Shown: piece by piece, positions 45,787 through 56,300 of the stretch
How the letters are laid out: every line of letters begins with the position of its first letter
Position numbering within the stretch: position 1 is the stretch's first letter
Virus record (IMG/VR): IMGVR_UViG_3300028844_004984
Source: a virus
Length of the DNA stretch: 64,000 bases
Strand: one strand, 5' to 3'
The notes under the pieces: generated by a model
The model's input: the letters and a program-made list of their open reading frames with translations, nothing else
What the model was told of the DNA's origin: nothing
Databases searched by the model: none
Position numbers and translations under genes: made by a program

Positions 45787-46878
45787 ATGGCAATTTTACC
45801 AGCAGGTTCGTTTAATACATCAAAAAGAGTATACACGGCATTTAAAGTAGGGGATGTTGTAGAAGGTGGTGTAGAAAAAGTAACCAGAGGGTTGTGGAGT
45901 GGTAACGTAGGAACACTAACTACATTCTTTAGTTCATCAGCACAATCAGCTACTCAGAAAGAATATTACTACGAAGTTTTCGATGGGATATCAACAGATT
46001 CCACATCTGAATCACAATTTTCAGTAACGTATGGCCATAATCAAGGTAGTGGTTCATTGGGCCAAAATGAGGATTCACCATCAAATGCCATCTATTCACA
46101 ATACGCACAAATCCTACTACCAGATAATCAGAGAACATTCTCGTTCAATAGTGTATCCACAGAACACATATACGCTATCAACTTTAATAGAGCTAGGTTA
46201 AAAGATAGATTGGATCCTGGTAATTTTGAATTACATCTCGCTTCGTTAAATGGTGATGATGTAGCACGTAATAACGACCACACTGGTTCCAACGTAACAG
46301 TTGATGCTGATAACAATAAAGTTATTCAGTTGATTGATGATAGTGGTGATACCCAACAATCCGCAACACAAATCGGAAGGGTACATAATTTGGTATCAGG
46401 TTCAATCTTAAATGGTGTGTACTCACCAAAAACATATTACGGCCAGGTTTACCCTGAACAGGGTGTGATTGTAATGAACGCAGATACGTTAAATACAGAT
46501 TTAGAGTTTAATACAGTAACTGGTTCAAATGTTAATGGTGATAACGCATTTAAATTGTTCACATCTATAAGTGGGGCAGCTGTTTTAGATTCAACTGAGT
46601 TTGGATTCGCCGCAAGAAACGAAGAGAGAGTTCAATCTACATTCTACTTTGTAAGAGCTAAGAACGGTGAATATAACTTCTCAAATAACCCATCATTTAC
46701 GACTGGTTCGAATGGCGCGTTTTCTCAACCGACATTTACGAATAATCCAAAATCATATATTACAACTGTTGGGTTGTATAATAGTTCACAAGAACTATTA
46801 GCAGTAGCTAAGTTATCACAACCAATTCTGAAATCATTCTCTAATGAAGTTCTGGTAAAAGTTAAACTTGATTTTTAA
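45787..46878 (+). CDS. Virion structural (baseplate/tail) protein
   Basis: C-terminal YITTVGLYN...LLAVAKLS.P motif. Confidence 0.7.
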   Translation: MAILPAGSFNTSKRVYTAFKVGDVVEGGVEKVTRGLWSGNVGTLTTFFSSSAQSATQKEYYYEVFDGISTDSTSESQFSVTYGHNQGSGSLGQNEDSPSNAIYSQYAQILLPDNQRTFSFNSVSTEHIYAINFNRARLKDRLDPGNFELHLASLNGDDVARNNDHTGSNVTVDADNNKVIQLIDDSGDTQQSATQIGRVHNLVSGSILNGVYSPKTYYGQVYPEQGVIVMNADTLNTDLEFNTVTGSNVNGDNAFKLFTSISGAAVLDSTEFGFAARNEERVQSTFYFVRAKNGEYNFSNNPSFTTGSNGAFSQPTFTNNPKSYITTVGLYNSSQELLAVAKLSQPILKSFSNEVLVKVKLDF

Positions 46879-46896
46879 GAACGATAATGAATTATA

Positions 46897-48783
46897 ATGG
46901 CAGAAGCTTACAAACCAATCAATGGGGGTGGCGTACAACTAAGACCATTCAACACATATAAACGATGGATTGTAGACCATGTGAACTATCGAAACGATTT
47001 GTATTCACATTCGGTCTTAAAAGGTATATCGCCAGAACATAGCGAAAAGATAAACGTTTCCGAGTCAATTGGACTTCCTGCTTATAGAGAAGTTGATGAG
47101 ATTGATAATTCGAACTCCAACTCCACAACCTTTCTGAACTCAAAACATCAGAAGGTTGTGTGGTCTGGACTCAATCAAATGTTTTACAAACATAGAGCAC
47201 GCAATGAGCATGATTTGTATGCGAGTGCATCTATATTTTCAATCCCACATAATAGGTTGGGAGATGGTGTTCGGCCTGAAAGTGTAATTATAACAGATAC
47301 AAGTACTTCATCAAGTAACAATGATTTCTTACTTATAAAAGATTCTAAGTTAGATGAGTATCATGGTAAGTTATACGATGATAATATAGATACTGGTTCA
47401 TATGCACCCTATGGGAATCTGATAGGGTATTGGGGATTCAACGATGAAGTTGTACCGAGATACGCTAAACTTGATAGGGTGGTTGAAGATAGAAGTGGTT
47501 ACCTAAACGATGGTAAAGGTATAAACATAAACTATACACCGGGTATATACACAACCGGTGATTACGAACTCCCATCTGGCACCAAAGCTACATTTGATGG
47601 TTCAACATCATATATTTTGGTAAACCACAATCGAAAATTAGATTTCTTTGAATCAGAAGATTATTCTATATCTATGTGGTCTATCATACCACCATCTCAA
47701 TCGGCTGATGAGTATAACTATAATTGGTTACTCTCAAAATCAGGAACTTACAGAGATTTCACCGAAGATAAAAAACGTAAACAGGTGATGTACAACCGTA
47801 ATATCGAAACTGATATATATCCATTTGATGTAAAGATAGGTAATCAGAATTTATTATCTGATAGCGGTAAAATATTTGCATCAATATCAAATGGTGTATT
47901 AACGACTGAGGTTACATCAAGCACTAACCTAAACGATTCAATAGCACACCACGTTGTATTTAACAAAACCGGCTCTAACTTAGAATTGTGGGTAGATGGT
48001 ACACGAGAATCCATACAACCACTCAGAGGTAATATGAAAGGAATTCATAATAAATATGATATGGTTATGGGTAGTAAGTTCTTATCCGATGGGTATGGTG
48101 AAGATACCAATGATGGGCTTGGTACATTTAGTGGTTCACTTGATGAAATCAGAATTTATAATAAAGCACTAACACAGACGGAGATTGGGCTACTTTCTGA
48201 TAATGATTATGTAACGGGTTCGGCGTATCAAACCTCACAGGTGGGTGAGATTTTTTATAAGCATGGTATTGTGGTAGTATCAGACCCAAGACCATTATAC
48301 AGATATGTACTCGTTGGGGGTACTGGTAATTGGGATTATGATAACTCAATAAATAATGGTTGGAATGTAAAGTACAAATCTACAAAAGAACTGCACGAAA
48401 TAAACGTATTGTGTGAAGTTGGTTCAAATGAATTTAACATATCACAAAACCCAACATTGAAAAAAAATAATGATGTAAATGCATCGTTATTGAAGCCATT
48501 TGTAACGGGTTCTGATTTTAAACCATACTATACAACCATTGGTTTGTACAATCCAAATGGTGATTTAATTGCAATTGGTAAATTAGCATCAGCGATTCAA
48601 AACAGAGATGATGTAGATATCACTATAAATGTTAGATTAGATTTGGATGGTGCATTCGGAGCACCATCTACCGGCTCATTAGAACCAATAGGTAAACCTA
48701 AGACTGTTGTAGAAACTACAAACTCAAAAGGAAAGAAAACCTACATATGGGGTAAAACCGATATACCAAATATATCTATATAA
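46897..48783 (+). CDS. LamG/concanavalin-like domain virion protein, paralogous to the previous gene at its C-terminus
   Basis: GYWGF; HHVV; LWVDG; F.GSLDEIRIYNKAL; YTTIGLYN...AIGKL. Confidence 0.78.
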   Translation: MAEAYKPINGGGVQLRPFNTYKRWIVDHVNYRNDLYSHSVLKGISPEHSEKINVSESIGLPAYREVDEIDNSNSNSTTFLNSKHQKVVWSGLNQMFYKHRARNEHDLYASASIFSIPHNRLGDGVRPESVIITDTSTSSSNNDFLLIKDSKLDEYHGKLYDDNIDTGSYAPYGNLIGYWGFNDEVVPRYAKLDRVVEDRSGYLNDGKGININYTPGIYTTGDYELPSGTKATFDGSTSYILVNHNRKLDFFESEDYSISMWSIIPPSQSADEYNYNWLLSKSGTYRDFTEDKKRKQVMYNRNIETDIYPFDVKIGNQNLLSDSGKIFASISNGVLTTEVTSSTNLNDSIAHHVVFNKTGSNLELWVDGTRESIQPLRGNMKGIHNKYDMVMGSKFLSDGYGEDTNDGLGTFSGSLDEIRIYNKALTQTEIGLLSDNDYVTGSAYQTSQVGEIFYKHGIVVVSDPRPLYRYVLVGGTGNWDYDNSINNGWNVKYKSTKELHEINVLCEVGSNEFNISQNPTLKKNNDVNASLLKPFVTGSDFKPYYTTIGLYNPNGDLIAIGKLASAIQNRDDVDITINVRLDLDGAFGAPSTGSLEPIGKPKTVVETTNSKGKKTYIWGKTDIPNISI

Positions 48784-48793
48784 AAGAAAAGTT

Positions 48794-49216
48794 ATGGCAA
48801 AAGGAAATTGGTCTCACATTCAAAAGATGAAGGGTCATAAAAGTGGGTTGGAAACCCGAATTGATGAGCAACTTCAATCACAAGGTATTGATGGCGAATA
48901 CGAACAACACGAAGTATCCTATACAATCCCAGCAACCACCCATTCTTATAAACCTGATTTTAGATTACCTAACAACATTTTTATAGAATCAAAGGGGTGG
49001 TTTCTGCCAGAAGATAGAAAAAAACACTTACTTATAAAAGAACAAAATCCTGATATGGATTTACGATTTGTTTTACAATCCCCTAATGGTAAAATTTACA
49101 AAGGTTCAAAGACTACATATGCACAATGGTGTGAGAAGAATGGGTTTAAGTGGGCTAAGAAAGAAATACCGCAAGAATGGATTGATGAAAAATCATCTGT
49201 GAAATTTTTTGGATAA
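48794..49216 (+). CDS. T7 endonuclease I-like Holliday junction resolvase
   Basis: SGLE; Y.PDF; IESKG; DRKKH; TYA.WC. Confidence 0.9.
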   Translation: MAKGNWSHIQKMKGHKSGLETRIDEQLQSQGIDGEYEQHEVSYTIPATTHSYKPDFRLPNNIFIESKGWFLPEDRKKHLLIKEQNPDMDLRFVLQSPNGKIYKGSKTTYAQWCEKNGFKWAKKEIPQEWIDEKSSVKFFG

Positions 49217-49244
49217 TTAGAATATTATTCGTATATTAGTAGTT

Positions 49245-50177
49245 ATGGAAGAAAGACTACTCTTACTACTAGAATCGGTTTTGGGTAAATCGAAAAAAAC
49301 CTCTGGCGATAACTACGCGTTTTGGTCACCATTTGTAAATCACCACAAGCCTAAATTAGAGATTAATATTAAGTTGAACTCTAATGGTGATAATCCATGG
49401 CATTGTTGGATATCTGATGAGAAGGGGAAATCAATCCGTTCTCTATTTAGAAAACTTAAAGTATCTAAAGAGATTTGGGATGAGCATAATTCTATTTTCA
49501 GTAGAAAGTATAGATACAGAACTGATGTAACTACCGAAGAATCTAAGGTAGTTCAATTACCCAAAGAATATATTCCACTATGGAAAAAATCTAATTCTAT
49601 TATCCGAAAGCATGCGTTACTATATTTAGAACGTAGGGGTATTACACCATCTGAAATATTGAAATATCAGATTGGGTATTGTGAGGATGGTTCGTATAAG
49701 AACAAAGTAATTGTACCATCGTATGATGAGAATGGGATGTTAAATTATTTTGTGGGTAGAAGTTTTTACGAAGGTGGAATCAAACATAAAAATGCAGATG
49801 TATCAAAAGATGTGGTTGGGTTTGAGATGATGGTTAATTGGGATTTACCAATTGTGATTTGTGAGGGTGTGTTTGATGCTATGGCAATTCGTATGAATGT
49901 AATTCCATTGTTTGGTAAATCACCACAAGTAGAACTACAGAAACGAATAATTGAAAAGAACGTAAAAAAAGTATACATCGCTCTTGATTCTGATGCGTTT
50001 AAGAACGCATTATCATTTGCAGAAAAGTTAATGAATACTGGAATTGATGTACATTTAGTTGAAATGGGAGATTCGGACCCATCTGAACTAGGGTTCGATA
50101 AAATATATAATAAAATTGAAAATACCGAATTACTTTCACTAAGAAAGTTGATGGAGTATAAGTTATTAGGTGTATGA
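49245..50177 (+). CDS. DNA primase (Toprim)
   Basis: YL..RGI; YFVGR; ICEGVFDA; LDSDA; DP. Upstream host-type promoter at 49208-49239. Confidence 0.88.
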   Translation: MEERLLLLLESVLGKSKKTSGDNYAFWSPFVNHHKPKLEINIKLNSNGDNPWHCWISDEKGKSIRSLFRKLKVSKEIWDEHNSIFSRKYRYRTDVTTEESKVVQLPKEYIPLWKKSNSIIRKHALLYLERRGITPSEILKYQIGYCEDGSYKNKVIVPSYDENGMLNYFVGRSFYEGGIKHKNADVSKDVVGFEMMVNWDLPIVICEGVFDAMAIRMNVIPLFGKSPQVELQKRIIEKNVKKVYIALDSDAFKNALSFAEKLMNTGIDVHLVEMGDSDPSELGFDKIYNKIENTELLSLRKLMEYKLLGV

Positions 50178-53100
50178 TTAAATCTAAGATAATTAAATAC
50201 GATGGTGAGATAAAGAAAATCTACCATATTGCTGATGTTCACATTAGAAACTTAAAACGGCATAAAGAGTATCGTGATGTGTTTTCCCATCTTTATGAGT
50301 ATATTTCCACCACAAAGACGGAAGATTCCATCATTGTATTGTGTGGAGATATTGTTCACGCAAAAACGGATATGACGCCTGAGGTTATAGAAATGACACA
50401 AACATTTCTAAAGAGTTTATCCGATATGTTACCAACGATTGTGATTCCTGGTAACCACGATGCAAACCTCAACAACCCATCACGGTTGGATGCACTATCT
50501 CCGATTGTGAACGCATTGAATCACCCAAACCTACATTACCTCAGAGATAATGGTGTATGGAAAATGGGTGGAATTTCCTTTTCACACTCATCTGTTTTTA
50601 GTGATACGAAAGGAATCATACCTGCGGCTGATGTGCATGGGGATTACAAAATTGCACTATATCACGCTCCTGTTGATAAGGTTAAAACAGAACATGGTTT
50701 TTCTATAGAGAACAAAAATGTATCCGTTGAATCATTTGATGGATACGATTTGGCGTTGTTGGGGGATATACACGTTCCAAACCAATCTCTTAATGATGAG
50801 GGTACAATTAAGTATTGTGGTTCTACTATAATGCAAAATCACTCTGAGGCAAAGTATCCTGAGCATGGTATTTTGGTATGGGATGTTGAATCAAAAACAT
50901 CTGAGTTTGTTCCAATCCATAATGATTATGGTTATGTTACAATTGATGTAGAAGATGGTGAGATTGTAGGAACTCCCACAATACCAAACAAACCTCGTAT
51001 GAGAGTTAGGGTAAAGGATACATCTCAATCACAACTGAAAAAAATACTATCTGAGATTCGTGTGGGTAGAAAAGTGCAGGAAATCTCCATCCAAAAGGTA
51101 ATCACAGATAAGAAAGATTATAGTGGTGGTTCGAATATCATCCTACAGAATGTGAGAGATGTTGGATTTCAAAACAGATTAATCGAAGATTTTCTATCGG
51201 ATAGGTATGTGGTTGGAGATGAACACTTAGAGGTAATTCGTAACATAAACAAAGATATCAATCAGAAGTTGGGAACATCGGTTGGGATGAAGAATGTTAT
51301 ATGGAAACCAAAATCATTTGAGTTCTCTAATATGTTTTCATATGGTAGTGATAACATCATTGACTTCAGTCAGATGAAGGGGGCGTATGGTATCTTCGCA
51401 CCAAACGCAAGTGGTAAATCATCTTTGTGGGACGCACTATCGTTCTGTATCTTTGATAAATGTTCACGTACCAACAAAGCAGTAGATGTACTAAATTATT
51501 CGAAATCTACCTTCAATTGTAAATTCAACTTTGAGATGAATGGTATTGATTACTTTATTGAAAGAGTTGGAAAGAAATCACCTAAGAGGGGAACTGTGAA
51601 GGTTGATGTAAACTTCTACCGAATCAACGAAGATGGTGATACTGAATCATTGAATGGGGAAGAGCGTAGAGATACCAACTCAATCATCAGACAGTACGTT
51701 GGTTCGTATGATGATTTCATCCTAACAGCGATGTCCAACCAATCCAATAGTAGTGGTTTCATTGAGAAATCACAAAAGGAGAGAAAGGAACTTCTTGCTC
51801 AGTTCTTAGATATGGATGTGTTTGAGCAATTGTATCAAGTAGCAAACGAAGAGATTAGAGAACTTAGTGCACTACTAAAGGATTACAAAAACCAAAACTT
51901 TACAGAAAAATTATCTGAATCTGAAGAGAGTTTGATTGAGAGTAAATCTGAGCTGGAAACAGTACAGAAGTTATTAGATAGGTACGTTGACCAGAGGAGT
52001 GAAACCACCGATGAAATCGAATCTTTGATAACTACATTGGTATCGGTTGATAGCGAGATATCCGATACAGATAAGTTGAAAGATAGATTGGGTTCATTAA
52101 ACACTCAGTTACAGACTAAGGAGCAGGAGTGTGATGGTTATACGGATTCTTTAGGCGTAGCTCAATCCGAATTAGATTCTCTGAAAAAGAAGTTCAATAC
52201 ATTTAATTTGATTTCACTAAAGGAGAAGAAATTACAATACGATACATACTCTCAGCGAATGGTGGATATCGAATCTGAGGTTGATAATCTTACAAAAGAG
52301 ATTGAACACAAACAAACCCACTTGGATGGTATTGGTTCACTTACGTTTGATGATGGGTGTGAACATTGTGTAAAAAATAAAAACACCCCATTTGCTCAAC
52401 AAGCACAAACATTAGAAACTGAGATAAGAGAGTTATCGAAAACTATCAAAATCAGAAAAGGTGAGTTGGAAGATGCAATGCTTGGTAAAGCAAAGTACGA
52501 TGTAACATCAGTACTAAATGAGGTTGAGGGGATAAATACCCAAATAAAAAACTATGAATCACAAATTGATAGGTTGGAGTTACAGTCCAAATCTTGCAAT
52601 CTTGAATTGGTTCAACTGAAGAATGGAATCAGAAAAGTAGAATCCGATATTCAAAAATCTATTGAACAAAAAGAATCAGTAGAGCATAATATAAAGGTAC
52701 AAAAAGAAATTGATGATTCCAAAGAAAAGTTGAAAAAATTTGATGAGGTGATATCGAATATTAATGATGATATCATCAACATCAATGGTAATATCAGAAT
52801 CGCAGAAAACACAATTCAGACCGTAAACGATTCGATTGATAAGTTGGCGAGTATGGAGCAGAAGTATGAGGGGTATGAGTACTATCTACAATGTGTAAAG
52901 CGAGATGGTATCCCATACCAATTGATTTCAGATATACTACCTAAGTTGGAAGTGGAAATAAACAACATCTTACAACCTATCGTAGATTTCCAAATCCTAC
53001 TTAATACGGATGGTAAGAACATCAATTCATACATTGCATATGGTGAGGAGGAGTTCTGGCCATTGGAACTGACAAGTGGTATGGAGAAGTTCATTTCATC

Positions 53101-53347
53101 TGTAGCTATCAGAACGGCATTGGTAAATGTATCAAATTTACCTCGCCCAAACTTTATTGCAATTGATGAGGGATTTGGTTCATTAGATAGTGATAACTTC
53201 AACTCACTATATTTATTGTTCGATTACTTAAAGAATCAATTTGATTTTATAGTAACCATATCACACATAGATAAGACCAGAGATATGGTTGACCAAATTA
53301 TAGATATTACAAAATTAGGTGGATTTTCATCTATTAGATATTTATAA
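50174..53347 (+). CDS. Fused SbcD/Mre11 nuclease and SbcC/Rad50 ATPase (gp47-gp46 fusion)
   Basis: DVH, GD, GNHD, GDIH; Walker A NASGKS; CEHC hook; SGME signature; IDEGFG. Confidence 0.92.
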   Translation: MIKSKIIKYDGEIKKIYHIADVHIRNLKRHKEYRDVFSHLYEYISTTKTEDSIIVLCGDIVHAKTDMTPEVIEMTQTFLKSLSDMLPTIVIPGNHDANLNNPSRLDALSPIVNALNHPNLHYLRDNGVWKMGGISFSHSSVFSDTKGIIPAADVHGDYKIALYHAPVDKVKTEHGFSIENKNVSVESFDGYDLALLGDIHVPNQSLNDEGTIKYCGSTIMQNHSEAKYPEHGILVWDVESKTSEFVPIHNDYGYVTIDVEDGEIVGTPTIPNKPRMRVRVKDTSQSQLKKILSEIRVGRKVQEISIQKVITDKKDYSGGSNIILQNVRDVGFQNRLIEDFLSDRYVVGDEHLEVIRNINKDINQKLGTSVGMKNVIWKPKSFEFSNMFSYGSDNIIDFSQMKGAYGIFAPNASGKSSLWDALSFCIFDKCSRTNKAVDVLNYSKSTFNCKFNFEMNGIDYFIERVGKKSPKRGTVKVDVNFYRINEDGDTESLNGEERRDTNSIIRQYVGSYDDFILTAMSNQSNSSGFIEKSQKERKELLAQFLDMDVFEQLYQVANEEIRELSALLKDYKNQNFTEKLSESEESLIESKSELETVQKLLDRYVDQRSETTDEIESLITTLVSVDSEISDTDKLKDRLGSLNTQLQTKEQECDGYTDSLGVAQSELDSLKKKFNTFNLISLKEKKLQYDTYSQRMVDIESEVDNLTKEIEHKQTHLDGIGSLTFDDGCEHCVKNKNTPFAQQAQTLETEIRELSKTIKIRKGELEDAMLGKAKYDVTSVLNEVEGINTQIKNYESQIDRLELQSKSCNLELVQLKNGIRKVESDIQKSIEQKESVEHNIKVQKEIDDSKEKLKKFDEVISNINDDIININGNIRIAENTIQTVNDSIDKLASMEQKYEGYEYYLQCVKRDGIPYQLISDILPKLEVEINNILQPIVDFQILLNTDGKNINSYIAYGEEEFWPLELTSGMEKFISSVAIRTALVNVSNLPRPNFIAIDEGFGSLDSDNFNSLYLLFDYLKNQFDFIVTISHIDKTRDMVDQIIDITKLGGFSSIRYL

Positions 53348-53377
53348 TCATACAATAAAAATGTATAGGAGAAATGG

Positions 53378-56300
53378 ATGTCCTTAGTTTATAAAAAATC
53401 GGTACGTGAGAATATAACGGATTTAAAAACATTCGTTGTTGATACGACACCAACATCAACAAAATACTTTAGAGTTTCTGATGTACCACAGGTTTTACAA
53501 AAAGGTAAGAATTTACTTAGAATCACTGCGCACCCAACTAATTTAGTTGAGGGTTCACAGATTTATGTAGACGTTAGAGATTCAAATGGTAATCCAATCT
53601 ACTATGAGATTCCAGATTATTTGGAAGATGATAAGAGTAGAGTAATATCTATTTGGATTTATCACGATAAGGGTGAGGATAACACACCCAATGGTCAGGC
53701 GACTATTACATTAGCTGGAACAACAAACGTTAATTTAGATGGTTCTGTGTTGCCTGAGCGAGCTAGAAACAAAATAAACGTAAAATGGCAAGCTGTTGTA
53801 ACAGTCGATAGGGATAGAAGTAATACATCCGATGTTGTATTTAGTTCGACAAATGTACCAGCGGTAGTTGTTTCTCAAAGTATAGAGGGTTACCAAAATC
53901 AAAACCAATCCAACGGGCAATTACAAAAAACCATACAGACGGGAACTGCAAGATATGTTTTCAGCCCCTATGGGCAGACTCCAGTTATTTTTACTTTAGA
54001 TGGTAGTACATTTAATGATGAAATGGTTGGTGGTGATATTATACTCAATAACTATACAAACCCACCTACCCCCGTCGCATCAATTTCTAATCCTCTGAAT
54101 GATACGTTTTTCAGTTCATCCATAAAGGAAGTAATACTTCCAAACGATAAGTATGTAAAGACTGAAACAAATTACACAACTAAATTTCAAGATAGAGATG
54201 ATTTGGTACACACATATCAAACTGTGCTGGAAGGGGATTATAAAGTTGAATATTTTACAACAGCATCAAATATTACGACTGAAAACCAAAGAAACTTTGT
54301 AAATCTATCTTTGAGTAATATAGACCCAATTGCGGGTGTAGTCGATAAAGTTAAGATACTTCAAAAATCAGATGGGTTATCAGGAGATTACGAACTATTA
54401 AATGAGGTTACAATACCATTTAGTTCTTCTGTTGAAATCAAAGTACCAATACCATCTAAGAACCTTAACGACCCAAAAATACTAAAGCTACAATATTTAA
54501 ACTCGGCTGGTACTATATCGAGAACCCAAACTATTACAGAACCATTTGTGTTTACAGGTGAAAATGTTTACATTGGTGGTAGTGAAAATATGATTAGTGG
54601 TTCTATTTTTGTATCAGATACAGTAGGTACTGGTATTGAGATAGGTGGTGCTAGTAGTGGATTCTTACGTTCAGTTGGGTTCGAAGGCCAAATCTCAGCA
54701 TCAGTAGGAAAAGCTCCTGGTGGATTCGTAATCTATAGTGGTTCTGGTAATCTTGTTATGGGTGATGATGTTCTCAACGGAGTTGGTATGCAATTCGTTG
54801 GTGATAACGATGATAGACACCTCATCTTTACAACCGATAATGGTGGTTTATTAGATGTTAAAACTGATAAGTTCTTTATCGGAACAGATGATACTCAGTT
54901 TATTAGTGGTTCTAATTCAAACATTGAAATCAGTTCATCTCTATTTCACTTAGACCCTAAAAACGAAACTTTGATAATTGGTGCTGGTACGGTTATCAAC
55001 GCAGATTTATCGGTGAACCAACTGTTTACTCCCGCAACAATAAATGGAGAACAATCAAATATAACCAATGCTAGTGCATCAATAACATCCGGTGGATTTG
55101 CAAGATTTGTATCTGCATCCATTGGTGGTTGGGATGTTACTACATCATCTATCGAAGGTTCTAATCTTATAATGAAACCTCAGGGTGTTCTACAAACAAA
55201 AGATTATATTCCAGATACCAAAGGATGGTTCATCTCAGCAGAGAATAATGGTGTTGCTGAATTTGAAAACATAAAAATTCGTGGTACACTTAGAACAACT
55301 ACGTTTGAAAAGGAATCGGTTAATGCGGTAGGTGGGCAGTTGTATGTAGCAAACTCTACTACACTAACTGGTTCCATTAGCGAGAGTATATCAGTAGAAG
55401 CAAATACTGGATTTACATCTTCAACTGCATTACCAGCATCCGCAGATGGATTCAATACTTTTGATGGCGGTGCTCGTCTTGAAGTTGATAGTACTGAGTA
55501 CAAAATCACAGCAATTGATTACACCAATAAAACTTTCGAAATTACTGATACATCATTAGCCCTCCTAAGTCAATCTGTACAACTTAATTACACATCCAGT
55601 GAATCGCTGATTAAGAGTATATCCGCAGATGCTACTTATCTGTCATCATCAATACGACTGGATACTGCTGTTTTTGCATCAGTAGGAAATACTCCGCTTA
55701 AATCTTCAGAAATATTTGTAAATTCAACACTAATATCATCAGACCCATCCAAACTAACCTCATCTGATTTTGCGGGAGAATCTGGTGATGTAAGCATAAC
55801 TGGCGTAACCTTTGGTCCAGGTGGTGATTCATCCACCACCGCCCTCTATAATAGTCAGGCAAACAAGCTCGAGTTGGACTTAAAAGTACTTTCCCAAGTT
55901 CCCAACGGAACTGAGGTTACATTTAGCAACAATACAACAATTCAGACAAGTGCATACACGGGAACTGATATAATCACAGTGTCAGCCGGACATGAAGTAC
56001 CATCTGATTTTCTAAGTGGTATAGTCACCTTCAACGATGGTGGGGGCGTAGACCAATACCCTATTGCAGAAAGACTAACCTCAACTACACTAAGAGTTGA
56101 TACATCGAGTAATGTTCCAAACACATCAGGTTCAGTTCAAAATGGCACCATAGTATACGATTATGTGGAATCCATAATTAGAAGTATATCTAGCGGACCT
56201 CCAATTACAAACCGAACCCAATTTGATAACATATCACCATCTGCGAGCATACTTACTGTAGATAACGTAAGTGGTTTTGTTGCTGATGAGATACTAACCC

